Positions 52,751 to 63,710 of a stretch of DNA of 64,000 bases are shown here, piece by piece. Below the pieces are notes generated by a model. The model did not search any database, had not been told where the DNA came from, and saw only the letters and a list, made by a program, of their open reading frames with translations. Positions within the stretch are counted from its first letter, which is position 1. Every line of letters begins with the position of its first letter. The position numbers were made by a program, and so were the translations under genes. The DNA is from an uncultured Candidatus Entotheonella sp. (GTDB taxonomy: Bacteria > Tectomicrobia > Entotheonellia > Entotheonellales > Entotheonellaceae): positions 2,912,001 through 2,976,000 of the forward strand of contig OZ244252.1 in assembly GCA_965217185.1 (NCBI GenBank). The letters run 5' to 3'.

Positions 52751-52787
52751 GATTGAGCGGTGAACGTTGCAGGACATCATCAGAGTC

Positions 52788-53339
52788 TCAGCGAAGGCCG
52801 CAGTCCGTGACAAGCTCATAGGATTCGACAACTCGATTACCGTTCACCATCAAGGCAATGACCGGCTCACAGGGGGGATCGAGCCGGGCTGGGCTGTTGT
52901 GAACCAAGCCCAGCATCCCTTCCAGCTCTTTGGGAAATGCTTCCAGGCGTTCGTACAGTTGGGGGCAGACCCCTTCGGGCTTTGCTGTGGGGGACCAATT
53001 TGCATAAGCGTTGCCCTGCAGAAAATAGAGTTGCGAATCGATCAGACGCCTTCTTTCCTCAAGGGGCATCCCCAAGCCCTCCTGCGTCCAGAGTTCCATG
53101 CGCACGAAGGCTTCAGCGACCATGAAAAGCTTGCCGTCTTGGAGACCGGTGTACGGGACGCTTTTACAATCCGCACCTGAACTGAAACTGTGGAGGTTTT
53201 CTCGGGTCACAACGATCTTCGACGCCTGGCCCTTCTCCATGCCTTGGGCAAAACTCACCAGAACAGAACCAAGCAGCAATGCGAAGCCCAAGTAGACCTT
53301 CCAGTTTTTCTGACCACCAGCGGTCAATTTGTTGTCCAT
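52788..53339 (-). CDS. Hypothetical exported protein (lower GC)
   Basis: GAGG SD before MDNKL; signal-peptide-like segment; four Cys; family not recognised. Confidence 0.5.
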   Translation of the reverse strand: MDNKLTAGGQKNWKVYLGFALLLGSVLVSFAQGMEKGQASKIVVTRENLHSFSSGADCKSVPYTGLQDGKLFMVAEAFVRMELWTQEGLGMPLEERRRLIDSQLYFLQGNAYANWSPTAKPEGVCPQLYERLEAFPKELEGMLGLVHNSPARLDPPCEPVIALMVNGNRVVESYELVTDCGLR

Positions 53340-53766
53340 GTACGTTTCCTCGCTGATTCCCTCGCCACAAATGCAATACCAACAAGGCCGTACAGTAGCA
53401 GAGCGGTTTCGAAACATAAAGACGATGGCGCTGGGGGGCAGGGGTGTGAACTGACAACGATGTCGTTTCGCACTCCGTTGACCGACGGAATTGTCGGTTT
53501 TGCGCTCTCAAGGAGCCAGTTCACGCCTCGAAACCCGTGTCGATACTGGGTCCGAACTCGATACGCCATGAGCACACGTCAGGTTTCAATCCGTCGCAAA
53601 CTGTGTAGCTGAAAAAAACCGACGAAATCGTCGTTTTATGCCGGATTGACGCCAATATCGTCGGAAATTCGACTCCTCATCACGACCTGACCCAAAGCAT
53701 ATAAAATCCCATACCATATTGTATAAAAAGGGTTTTCGTCGTAATCCAGAACCGTATCCCCTTCTT

Positions 53767-53782
53767 TGGCACGTCTCTTGCT
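53767..53782 (+). promoter_or_regulatory. Sigma54 (-24/-12) promoter of the nitrate operon
   Basis: TGGCAC-GTCTC-TTGCT matches TGGCAC-N5-TTGCW exactly, ~90 nt upstream of the transporter; AT-rich tract at ~53697-53735. Confidence 0.85.
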
Positions 53783-53870
53783 TCTATCCCAGCCCGTCTT
53801 GCTATAGCGCCGCTTCCTGCGGCTCAACCAACGCGTTACCCAGATCGACGCGACCAGGGAGGGGACACCT

Positions 53871-55214
53871 GTGGAAATCTTGAACAAAGCAACCCGAATC
53901 AGCCTGTTCAGCCTCAAGACGCCGCAGATGCGGGCATTCCACATGACGTGGTTCGCCTTTTTCCTGTGCTTCTTCGGCTGGTTCGGCATCGCGCCGCTGA
54001 TGGCCATCGTGCGCGAGGACCTGATGCTGACCAAGGCGCAGGTCGGCAACACCATTATCGCCTCGGTGGCCATCACCGTGCTGGTGCGGCTCCTGATCGG
54101 ACCGCTGTGCGACAAGTTCGGCTCGCGGCTCACCTACACGTGGCTGCTGATCCTCGGCTCGCTGCCGGTCATGGGCATCGGCCTAGCGCAAAGCTACGAA
54201 TCGTTCCTGCTGTTCCGGCTGGCCATCGGCGCTATCGGCGCGTCGTTCGTCATTACGCAGTACCACACCTCGATGATGTTCGCCCCCAACTGCGTGGGCA
54301 CCGCCAACGCCACCACCGCCGGGTGGGGCAACCTCGGCGGCGGCGTTACGCAGATGGTCATGCCGCTGATGTTCTCGGCGTTCCTGATGCTGGGCGTCGG
54401 CAAGTTCGTGAGCTGGCGGCTCGCTATGATCATCCCCGGCGCCGTGCTGTTCGTCACCGGCATCGCCTACTACTTCTTCACCCAGGACGCCCCGGACGGC
54501 AATTACCGCGACCTGCGGGCTCAGGGCCGCATGGCGCCGCGCAGCGATAAATCGTACGGCTCCTTTACGGCGGCGGCCAAAGACTACCGGGTGTGGGCGC
54601 TGTTCGTGGTCTACGCCGCGTGCTTCGGCATTGAGCTGACCATCAACAACGTGGCGGCTCTGTATTTCCACGACCGCTTCGAGCTCAGCGTCGGCACCGC
54701 CGGTCTCATCGCCGGCCTGTTCGGCCTGATGAACATCTTCGCCCGTACTCTGGGCGGCATCTTTTCGGACACCTTCGCGCGCCGCGGCGGGCTGCGCGGC
54801 CGGGTGTGGTTTCTCGGATGCGTGCTGCTGCTCGAAGGCGTGACGCTGATGGTCTTCTCCCGCATGCCGGCGCTGGGCATCGCGGTCGGCGCCATGATCG
54901 TCTTCAGCCTCTTCGTACAGATGTCCGAGGGCGCCACCTACGGCATCGTGCCGTTCATCAACAAGAAAGCGGTCGGCCCGGTGGCCGGTATCGTCGGCGC
55001 CGGCGGCAACGCCGGGGCGGTGGCGGCCGGCTTCCTGTTCCGGGTTGAATCGCTGGCCACCCAGGACGCCCTGCTGATCCTCGGCATCGCCGTGGCGGTG
55101 TCGTCGAGCCTGGCGCTGTGCGTGCGCTTCTCGCCCGAGGTGGAGGCAGAGGAGAAAGCCGCCTTCGCCGCGGCCCTGGCGCAGCGCGAGGAAGCTCTGA
55201 GCACGGCAGCGTAA
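53871..55214 (+). CDS. Nitrate/nitrite MFS transporter (NarK/NRT2 family)
   Basis: FHMTWFAFF, RLLIGPLCD, GTANATTAGWGNLGGG, CFGIELT, ARTLGG..SD and GAGGNAG. Confidence 0.94.
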   Translation: MEILNKATRISLFSLKTPQMRAFHMTWFAFFLCFFGWFGIAPLMAIVREDLMLTKAQVGNTIIASVAITVLVRLLIGPLCDKFGSRLTYTWLLILGSLPVMGIGLAQSYESFLLFRLAIGAIGASFVITQYHTSMMFAPNCVGTANATTAGWGNLGGGVTQMVMPLMFSAFLMLGVGKFVSWRLAMIIPGAVLFVTGIAYYFFTQDAPDGNYRDLRAQGRMAPRSDKSYGSFTAAAKDYRVWALFVVYAACFGIELTINNVAALYFHDRFELSVGTAGLIAGLFGLMNIFARTLGGIFSDTFARRGGLRGRVWFLGCVLLLEGVTLMVFSRMPALGIAVGAMIVFSLFVQMSEGATYGIVPFINKKAVGPVAGIVGAGGNAGAVAAGFLFRVESLATQDALLILGIAVAVSSSLALCVRFSPEVEAEEKAAFAAALAQREEALSTAA

Positions 55215-55378
55215 TGGCCGCCTTCTCAACCAGGTAGGCCACTGAGCGCCGGCCGCGCCCCGGCCCTCGCAGCGGCTCTTTCCGTGTGTGTTCCCCTCCT
55301 TCGCACAGGGAAAGGCATGCAGGCGAGGCTCCACCGGGGCGGGTTGGCGCTCACAATTCACAGAGGGGAGGGGGGATC

Positions 55379-58300
55379 ATGAAAACGATGGACACACACG
55401 ATGGACGCCGAAACGTTGTTGTAATCGGCAACGGCATGGTCGGGCAGCGCTTCTGCGAGCAACTCGTCGAGCGCGACACCAAGCGGCAATTCCGGCTGAT
55501 CACCTTCTGCGAAGAGCCCCGCGCGGCCTATGACCGGGTCGGGCTCACCTCGTTTTTCGCGCACCGCGACGCGCAGAAACTCATGATGGCCAAAATGGCC
55601 TGGTACGAAGCCAACGGCGTGGAACTGCACGTCGGCGACCGCGCCAGCGACATCGACCGCCAAGCCAAGGTGGTGCGCTCCGACAAGGGCGTCGAGGTGA
55701 GCTACGACACGGTGGTGCTGGCCACGGGGTCCTTCCCGTTCGTGCCGCCGCTGCCTGGCATCGAAAAGCGCGGCGTGTTTGTCTACCGTACCCGAGGACC
55801 TGGAGAGAATTATCGACTACGGCAACGGGGTGAAGCGCGCCGCCGTCATCGGCGGCGGCCTGCTCGGCCTCGAGGCGGCCAAGGCGGCGTACGACCTCAG
55901 CCTGCAAACGCACGTGGTGGAATTCGCCCCGCGCCTGATGCCGCGGCAGATCGACGACGCCGGCTCGCGCGTCCTGGTGCGCAAGATTGAAGACCTCGGC
56001 GTCCGCGTGCACCTCAACAAAGCCACCCAAGAGGTGCTCGGCAACGGCCGCGTGGCCGGCATGCGCTTTCAGGACGGCGACGTGCTGGACGTGGACATGA
56101 TTATCGTGTCTGCCGGCATTCGGCCGCGCGACGATCTGGCGCGCGCCTGCGGCATTGAGGTCGGCGAGCGCGGCGGCGTGGCGGTCAACGACCTGCTGCA
56201 AACCTCCGACCCGTCCATCTACGCCATCGGTGAAGTGGCCCTGCACGGCGGCATGATCTACGGCCTGGTGGCGCCGGGCTACGAGATGGCTGAGATCGTC
56301 GCCGCCAACCTCACCGGCGGCGACGCCCGCTTCCAAGGCGCCGACCTGTCCACCAAGCTGAAGCTCATGGGCGTGGACGTCGCCAGCTTCGGCGACTACG
56401 AAGCCGGTGCCGAAACCGCCCATCCGCTGACCTGGGAAGACCCCTTCGACGGCGTCTACAAGAAGCTGCTGTTCAGCCCCGACGGCACCCGGCTGCTCGG
56501 CGGCGTGCTGGTCGGCGACGCCGGCGACTACGGCACCCTGTCCGTGTTGGCCAAGAGCGGCGAGCCGCTGCCGTGCCGCCCCAACGCGTTGATCCTGGGC
56601 AGCTCGGGCGGCGCCGGGGCGCTGGTCGGCGTCGACGCGATGGCCGATTCGGCGCAGATCTGCTCCTGTAACAACGTCACCAAGGGCGCCATCTGCGACG
56701 CCATGCGCGAGCAGGACATCGCCTCCTTGGCGAATCTCAAAGCCGCCACCCGGGCCGGCACCGGCTGCGGCGGCTGCATGCCCCTGGTCACCGACCTGTT
56801 TAACGGCGCCATGGCCGCGGCCGGCGTCGCTATCAGCCATCATATGTGCGAGCACTTCCCGTATTCGCGCATCGAGCTGTTCGCCATCATCAAGGCCAAG
56901 AAGCTGAAGACGTTCGACGAGATCATCCGCCAATACGGCAGCGGCACCGGCTGCGAGGTGTGCAAGCCGGCCGTCACTTCCATCCTGGCGGCGCTGTGGA
57001 ACGAGACGATCAGCAACGCGGCGCACCACACCCTGCAGGACACCAACGACCGCTTCCTCGCCAACATGCAGCGCGGCGGGCTGTACTCGGTGATTCCGCG
57101 CGTGCCGGGCGGCGAGATTACCCCCGACAAGCTCATCGCCCTGGGCGAGACGGCACGGGACTACGGCCTCTACACCAAGATCACCGGCGGCCAGCGCATC
57201 GATCTGTTCGGCGCCCAGTTGCAAAACCTGCCGGACATCTGGGAGAAGCTTGTGGACGCGGGCTTCGAGAGCGGCCACGCCTACGGCAAGGCGCTGCGTA
57301 CCGTCAAGAGCTGCGTCGGCACCACCTGGTGCCGCTACGGCGTGCAGGATTCGGTCGCCTTCGCGGTGCGCGTAGAGAATCGCTACAAAGGCATACGGGC
57401 GCCGCACAAGATCAAGAGCGCCGTGTCCGGCTGCGTGCGCGAGTGCGCCGAGGCGCAAGGCAAGGATTTCGGGCCTGGTGGCCACCGAGCGCGGTTACAA
57501 TCTGTACGTCGGCGGCAACGGCGGCGCCAAGCCCCGGCACGCCGACCTGCTGGCCGCCGACGTCGACGAGGAAACCGCCATCCGCTACATCGACCGCTTC
57601 CTCATGTATTACATCATGACCGCCGACAAGCTGACCCGCACCGCGGTGTGGCTCGACAAGATGGCGGGCGGCGTGGAACACCTGCGCGAGGTCATCATCG
57701 ACGACAAGCTCGGCATCTGCGGCGAGCTCGATTCCATGATGCAGTTCCTGGTCGATTCGTACCGCTGCGAGTGGGCCGACGTGGTCAACGATCCCGAAAA
57801 GCGGCGGCTCTTCCGGCAGTTTGTGAACACCGACGCCACCGAGCCGACGATCGAAATCGTCTCCGAGCGCGGCCAACGGCGGCCGGCCGACTGGCCGACG
57901 GAAGCGGTGTCCTTGCAGCAGATCGAGGTGCTCGACCGTCTGGTGAACGACGATGGCGACACCGAGCGCGCCTGGGTCATGGTCGGCACGGCGGACGATT
58001 TTCCGCCCGACGGCGGCGCCACCATCAAGTACGGCGGCGTGCAGATTGCCGTGTTCAACTTCAGCAGCCGCGGCGAGTGGTACGCCAGCCAGCAGATGTG
58101 CCCGCACAAGAAAGCCTTCGTGCTGTCGCGCGGCGTCCTCGGCGACGTCGGCGGGGTGCCGAAAATCGCCTGCCCGCTGCACAAGAAAACATTTTCGCTC
58201 GAATCCGGCGCCTCGCTGGGCGGCGAGGATTACGGGCTGCAGGTGTTCCCGGTCAAGGTCGAGAACGGCGAGGTGTATCTGCACCTGCCGCCGACCGAGG

Positions 58301-58443
58301 CGCTGGAGCGCTCTCTGGCCACCGAGATCGGCTGCGAAATGGCAACCGCGTGCAGCGCCGGTGACGGCATGCAGTTGTTGCCGGTCCACAGCGCAGCGGA
58401 GTCGAGCGTATTCAATACAAACAGCATGAGCGTCAGCGAATGA
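55379..58443 (+). CDS. nirB: NAD(P)H nitrite reductase, NirB fused to C-terminal NirD Rieske-type domain; two frameshifts (~55793, ~57472)
   Basis: VIGNGMVG, GGGLLGLEAA, CSCNNV..GTGCGGC, GCEVCKP, KSCVG..WCR..SGC.RECAE (siroheme site), then CPH..CPLH. Spread over ORFs 55286, 55779 and 57478. Confidence 0.92.
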
Positions 58444-58460
58444 TGCTAAGGGTGAGCGCC

Positions 58461-60158
58461 ATGAGCCTGCAAACCGAAACCGTCTGCGCCCCGCCGCCGC
58501 CGTCCGAGCCCGAGCCGCTTGCCCGCCCCCTGCCGATGCTGGACGCCTATCTCGCCGCGCAGCAGGACTTGTCCGCGGTCGAACGCTTCGCGCAATTGCA
58601 CGAGCACGGCGCCGAGCCATTGCAGGAGCCGTATTACCGCAGCCTGATGCCGGTGTCGCCGCCCGCCGCCGGGCAGCAATACAGCTTCGAGGTGGACCTC
58701 GACCGCTGTTCCGGCTGCAAGGCGTGCGTCACGGCGTGCCACAGCCTGAACGGCCTGGAGGCGGGCGAGACGTGGCGCTCCGTGGGTCTGCTGCACGGCG
58801 GCAGCCCGACGGATGCGATGCAAAAGACGGTAACCACCACCTGCCACCACTGCCTGGAGCCCGCCTGCATGCACGGCTGTCCGGTGGGCGCCTACGAGAA
58901 GGACCCGCTGACCGGCATCGTGCACCACCTCGACGACCAGTGCATCGGCTGCCAGTACTGCCTGTTCACCTGCCCCTACGAGGTGCCGCAGTACAGCGCC
59001 AAGCTCGGCATCGTGCGCAAGTGCGACATGTGCGCCGGACGGCTGGCGGAGGGCGAAGCGCCGGCCTGCGTGCAGGCGTGCCCCAACGAGGCCATCGCCA
59101 TTGGCGTCATCGACAAGGCCGCGGCCATCGAAGACGCGCAGGGCGACGCCTTCCTGCCCGGCGTGCCGTCGCCGGGGATTACCGTGCCGACGACGCGCTA
59201 CACGACGACTGACGTGTTCCCGCGCAACATGCTGCCGGCGGATTTCTACGCCGTCCGGCCGGGCCACCAGCACCTGACGCTGGTTATCATGCTGGTGCTG
59301 ACGCAGTTGTCGGTGGGCGCCTTCTGCTTCAACCAGTTGCTGCCGCTGTGGCTCGGCGAGGCGAGCCTGGCGGTGCTGCGACCCTTCCACGGCGTGCTGG
59401 CGCTGGGGCTCGGCCTGCTCGCCATGCTGGCCAGCACCGTGCATCTCGGGCGCCCGCAATACGCCTGGCGCGCCTTTATCGGCCTGCGCACCTCGTGGCT
59501 GAGCCGCGAGATCATCGCCTTCGCCGCCTTTGCGCTGCTGACGACACTGTACGCCGCGGCGCTCTATTCATCGCAAGACGCGGCGGGCCTGGAAGCGCTG
59601 GGTTACGCCACCGCCGGGGTCGGCGTGGCGGCGGTGTTCAGCTCGGTAATGCTGTATCACGTCACGCACCGCAGATGGTGGAGCGGCGGTCGCACCGGCT
59701 TCAAATTCGCGCTCACGAGCGCCGGGCTTGGGCTGGCCACCATTCTGTCCGGCACCTTCAGTGTGGCGGTCATCAGCGGCCAGCCGCTCAGCGCCGAGCT
59801 TATTGCCTTCGGACGCAGCGGCGCCCAAGGGCTGGCGCTGCTGACGCTGCTCAAGCTGGCCGGTGAGGCGTCGATCCTGTTCCACCTGCGCGACCATCAA
59901 CAGGGCGACTTGAAGCGCACTGCCCTGCTGTTGTGGGGAGAATTGCGTCCTCTGATGCTGTGGCGCTTCTTTCTCGGCGGCCTGGGCGGCGTACTGTTGC
60001 CGCTGGCGCTGCTAATGAACCTGGCGCCGGACAGTCTGGGGGCGGCGCTGAGCGGATCGCTGGTCGGCCTCCTCGCCCTGCTGGCTGCGGAGATTATCGA
60101 GCGCATGACCTTTTTCTCGGCGCTGAGCGCGCCGCGGATGCCGGGAGGAATGCCGTAA
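58461..60158 (+). CDS. Fusion of DmsB-like 4x[4Fe-4S] ferredoxin and DmsC/NrfD-like membrane anchor
   Basis: CSGCKAC..AC, CHHC..PAC..CP, CIGCQYC..CP and CDMC..PAC..CP, then ~8 TM with TQLSVG, ASTVHLGRP and SWLSREI. Alternative start 58440. Confidence 0.9.
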   Translation: MSLQTETVCAPPPPSEPEPLARPLPMLDAYLAAQQDLSAVERFAQLHEHGAEPLQEPYYRSLMPVSPPAAGQQYSFEVDLDRCSGCKACVTACHSLNGLEAGETWRSVGLLHGGSPTDAMQKTVTTTCHHCLEPACMHGCPVGAYEKDPLTGIVHHLDDQCIGCQYCLFTCPYEVPQYSAKLGIVRKCDMCAGRLAEGEAPACVQACPNEAIAIGVIDKAAAIEDAQGDAFLPGVPSPGITVPTTRYTTTDVFPRNMLPADFYAVRPGHQHLTLVIMLVLTQLSVGAFCFNQLLPLWLGEASLAVLRPFHGVLALGLGLLAMLASTVHLGRPQYAWRAFIGLRTSWLSREIIAFAAFALLTTLYAAALYSSQDAAGLEALGYATAGVGVAAVFSSVMLYHVTHRRWWSGGRTGFKFALTSAGLGLATILSGTFSVAVISGQPLSAELIAFGRSGAQGLALLTLLKLAGEASILFHLRDHQQGDLKRTALLLWGELRPLMLWRFFLGGLGGVLLPLALLMNLAPDSLGAALSGSLVGLLALLAAEIIERMTFFSALSAPRMPGGMP

Positions 60159-62396
60159 ATGCACGAGCGGGGTGAAACGACGACGATGATCGAGCGCGCC
60201 AGGCGGCTGGTGCGCGACAAGCAGGGCGTACTGACCCGCGACCTGCTGCGCGCGCCCGGCGGTTTCGGCCTGGGACAGGTGCCGCAGCGGCTGCAACCCG
60301 ACGCCACCACGACCGTGGTGTGCGGTTTCTGTTCGATCGGCTGCGGGCTGGACGTGCACTTCAAGCACGGGCAGGCGGTGAACCTGTCGCCGACCACGCA
60401 ATACGCCGTTAACCTGGGCATGGCCTGCCCCAAAGGCTGGGAGGCGCTGACGCCGCTGAGCGCTCCGGACCGCGCCACCTCGCCGATGCTGCGCGACGCC
60501 GGCGGACGGCTGCGGGCGGTGGACTGGCCGACCGCCCTGGACACCTTCGTGAGCCGCATGAAGGGCATCCAGGCGAAGCACGGCAAGGAATCCATCGCCT
60601 TCATCAGCACCGGGCAGATTCCCATGGAGGAGATGGCCCTGCTCGGCGCCCTTGGCAAGTTCGGCATGGGGCTGCTGCACGGCGACGGCAACACCCGCCA
60701 GTGCATGGCCACCTCGGTGGTGGCCTACAAACAGGCATTTGGCTTCGACGCCCCGCCCTATACGTACAAGGACCTCGAAGAATCGGACGTCATCATCTTC
60801 ATCGGCGCCAACCCGTGCATCGCCCACCCGATCCTGTGGGAGCGCGTGTGCAAGAACCCGCACCAGCCGGAGATCGTCGTTATTGACCCGCGGCGCACCG
60901 AAACGGCGCAGGCGGCCACCCGGCACCTGCCGCTGCGGCCCAAGTCGGACCTCGTGCTGCTGTATGCCGTCGCCCACGTGCTGGTGCGCCAGGGATGGAT
61001 CGACCAAGGTTTCATCGACGCGCACACCAGCGATTTCGAGGCGTTCTGCGAGCACCTGAAGGCGTTCACGCCGGAGGTCGCCGCCGAGCAATGCGGGCTG
61101 AGCATCGCCGACATCGAAGGGCTGGCGCGCACGATTCACGACGGCAAACGGGTGTCGTTCTGGTGGACGATGGGCGTGAACCAGAGCCACGAGGGTGTGC
61201 GCACCGCGCAGGCGATCATCAACCTGGCGCTGATGACCGGCAACATCGGCAGGCCCGGCACCGGCGCCAACTCCATCACCGGCCAGTGCAACGCCATGGG
61301 TTCGCGGCTGTTCAGCAACACCACCAACCTGCTCGGCGGCCACGACTTCGCCAACCCGCAACACCGCGACAAAGTCGCCGGTATCCTGGGCATCGACGCG
61401 GCGTGCATCCCCAGCAAGCCGAGCTGGGCCTACGATCAGATCATGGAGGGCATCCTTAAGGGCCGCATCCGCGGGCTATGGGTCATTGCCACCAACACCG
61501 CGCACTCGTGGATCAACCAGGCGGACGCGCACGACATCCTGCAACGGCTGGATTTTCTGGTCGTGCAGGACATGTACCACAGCACCGAGACCGCGGCCTT
61601 CGCCGACCTCGTTCTGCCTGCCGCCGGCTGGGGCGAGAAGGAGGGCGTGTTCATCAACTCCGAACGGCGCCTGGGAGTCATCAAGCAAGTGGCCAAGGCG
61701 CCGGGGCAGGCGCTGAGCGATTTCCGCATTTTCAGATTGATCGCCGAGGCATGGGGCTGCGGCGACATGTTTCGGAAGTGGGAATCGCCGGAAGCTGTTT
61801 TCCGGCTGCTCAGGGCGTGCTCGGCGGGCATGCCGTGCGACATCGGCGGCATCGACGGCTACCGGATGCTGGACGCCAAGGGCGGCATCCAGTGGCCGCT
61901 GCCGGCGGGGGAAAGCGTTGACGCAGGCAGCGAGCGGCGGCTGTTCGAGGACGGCCGGTTCTACACCGACGACGGCCGCGCGCGGTTCGTCTTCGAGGCG
62001 CCGCGTCCGCTGCCCGAACCGACCAGCCCCGCCTATCCGTTCACCCTGCTTACCGGGCGGGGTACCTCGAGCCAGTGGCACACCCAGACGCGAACCAGCA
62101 AGAGTCATGTGCTGCGCAAGCTGTACCCCAACGTGCCGTACGTCGAGCTGAGCCCCAGGGACGCCGCCGACTTGGGCCTGCGCGCCAACGCCTGGGTCAT
62201 CGTGCGCTCGCAGCGTGGCCAGGTGCGGGCGCGGGCGTTCGTCAGCCACGTGGTGCAGCCGGGGCAGGTGTTCATACCCATGCACGACGCGGCGACCAAT
62301 CAGCTTACCTTCGCGGCCTTCGACCCGTATTCGCGGCAGCCGTCGTACAAAGCGTGCGCGGTCCGCATTGAGCCGGCACCCACCGTCAATTCATAA
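60159..62396 (+). CDS. nasA: Nas/NarB-type Mo-bis-MGD nitrate reductase catalytic subunit
   Basis: [20 protein letters not shown] (Cys Mo ligand), [36 protein letters not shown] and SRQPSYK; no Tat signal. Confidence 0.9.
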   Translation: MHERGETTTMIERARRLVRDKQGVLTRDLLRAPGGFGLGQVPQRLQPDATTTVVCGFCSIGCGLDVHFKHGQAVNLSPTTQYAVNLGMACPKGWEALTPLSAPDRATSPMLRDAGGRLRAVDWPTALDTFVSRMKGIQAKHGKESIAFISTGQIPMEEMALLGALGKFGMGLLHGDGNTRQCMATSVVAYKQAFGFDAPPYTYKDLEESDVIIFIGANPCIAHPILWERVCKNPHQPEIVVIDPRRTETAQAATRHLPLRPKSDLVLLYAVAHVLVRQGWIDQGFIDAHTSDFEAFCEHLKAFTPEVAAEQCGLSIADIEGLARTIHDGKRVSFWWTMGVNQSHEGVRTAQAIINLALMTGNIGRPGTGANSITGQCNAMGSRLFSNTTNLLGGHDFANPQHRDKVAGILGIDAACIPSKPSWAYDQIMEGILKGRIRGLWVIATNTAHSWINQADAHDILQRLDFLVVQDMYHSTETAAFADLVLPAAGWGEKEGVFINSERRLGVIKQVAKAPGQALSDFRIFRLIAEAWGCGDMFRKWESPEAVFRLLRACSAGMPCDIGGIDGYRMLDAKGGIQWPLPAGESVDAGSERRLFEDGRFYTDDGRARFVFEAPRPLPEPTSPAYPFTLLTGRGTSSQWHTQTRTSKSHVLRKLYPNVPYVELSPRDAADLGLRANAWVIVRSQRGQVRARAFVSHVVQPGQVFIPMHDAATNQLTFAAFDPYSRQPSYKACAVRIEPAPTVNS

Positions 62397-62459
62397 CAAA
62401 GACCTACCTGCCACGTCCGGCCAACCCCTGCGCCAGATTGAACACGTTCGGATCAAGAT

Positions 62460-62490
62460 GTAGGTCGGATTAGCGAAGCGTAATCCGACA
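62460..62490. repeat. GTAG-family REP-like palindrome, copy 3
   Basis: gtaggtcggattagcgaagcgtaatccgaca, the reverse complement of the 52719-52749 arm. Confidence 0.88.
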
Positions 62491-62606
62491 TTTCACCGCG
62501 TTGCCGCGTTCGGACCGTCAGGACGCAAATGGTGCAACTCCAGTCCAACCGGGTTTTGTGCTAGGATTCCAAGCCGTTCTCGCAGACCCCTCCAAACGAC
62601 AGGGCA

Positions 62607-63341
62607 TTGATAAGGGAAACGGCCTTGGAACCCTCACGACGCGCATACGGACATCGTTCTTGGGTGGGGTGCGTGGTGCTTGCGGCATTGCTGGGCAGTT
62701 GCAGCGCGGCGCATCAATACCACTATGACTACATGCTGAAGGCTTCCGGCGAGCGTGCGGGGGGAGTTGTCGAGAACGACCAAGTGCGGGTGCAGGCGGT
62801 GCCGACGGAGACGTTGGGGGTTGTGCAGTTGGCGGTAATCAACAAGAGCCTGGAACCCGTGGCGGTGGCGTGGCGCGAATCGTACTTCGTCAATCCGCAT
62901 GGGCACCGGCATCAGGCGGTCAATACGGATCAGGGCATCATCCGGGCGCCGGATGCGTCCATGCGCGAGGGCGCGATTGCGCCGGGCGCCACGTGGCGGG
63001 CAATCGTACAGCCGGGGGGCGCCCCAACGACTCAACCGTTCCAGCCTGAGCCGTCGCGCCACCAAGCCGACCGGCGCCTGCCGACCGACATCGACCAGGG
63101 CGGCCTGTCGCCCGTGGACCGGCAACTGGTTCTAAACCCGCTCACCGTAACGCTTTACGAGGGCGGCGAAATGGTGCTCGGCTCCCCTGCCTCATCCTTC
63201 CTTCCCAACGCCGGCAACGCCCCAGCGGTGGCCGAAGCCTACAAAGGCCAGGAATTCCACCTCGTGCTGGGCCTGCAAACCGGCGACGACATCGCGCCCT
63301 ATCGCTTCACCTTCGTCATCACCGACGTCCGGGTGCGCTGA
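62607..63341 (+). CDS. Hypothetical lipoprotein
   Basis: Hydrophobic stretch ending LLGS-C (lipobox-like); start uncertain. Confidence 0.6.
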   Translation: MIRETALEPSRRAYGHRSWVGCVVLAALLGSCSAAHQYHYDYMLKASGERAGGVVENDQVRVQAVPTETLGVVQLAVINKSLEPVAVAWRESYFVNPHGHRHQAVNTDQGIIRAPDASMREGAIAPGATWRAIVQPGGAPTTQPFQPEPSRHQADRRLPTDIDQGGLSPVDRQLVLNPLTVTLYEGGEMVLGSPASSFLPNAGNAPAVAEAYKGQEFHLVLGLQTGDDIAPYRFTFVITDVRVR

Positions 63342-63710
63342 GGCCGCCCAATCCACTGTACGCGACTCACCTTTAATACCCTGAGTGAGACCCGCCGGCT
63401 CGAAGCTCCGAGCAATCCCCTCGTCATGGCAATCCGTTAGGCCGTTCTAGCCTGCCGCCGCGGTCTCCCGAGCGTCCGGGTCCCCTTCCTGGAACCGTCG
63501 CCTTTCCCTCCGAGCAGGTGGCCATCTGAAGGAACACTCGCGGGGACAGCATCGATCAACATGACGTTGTTCCGAAGTTGTACCAAAAATCCTTAACAGC
63601 GTAGATAGGTTCAAATAAGATTCTCCGGTACAACTCTGGAACAACGGGCAGTATGACCGAATAAGGGTCAATGGTGCGTCTCTGGAATATCTGGAAAAAA
63701 GGAGAGAATA

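Noticed and set aside
55785..57480. Programmed frameshifting in nirB
   Set aside because: No slippery heptamer or stimulatory structure is seen; the indels look like simple errors or mutations.
60159..60260. Tat signal (ARRLV) making the reductase a periplasmic NapA
   Set aside because: No hydrophobic h-region follows the arginines, and no napB/C/D genes are present.
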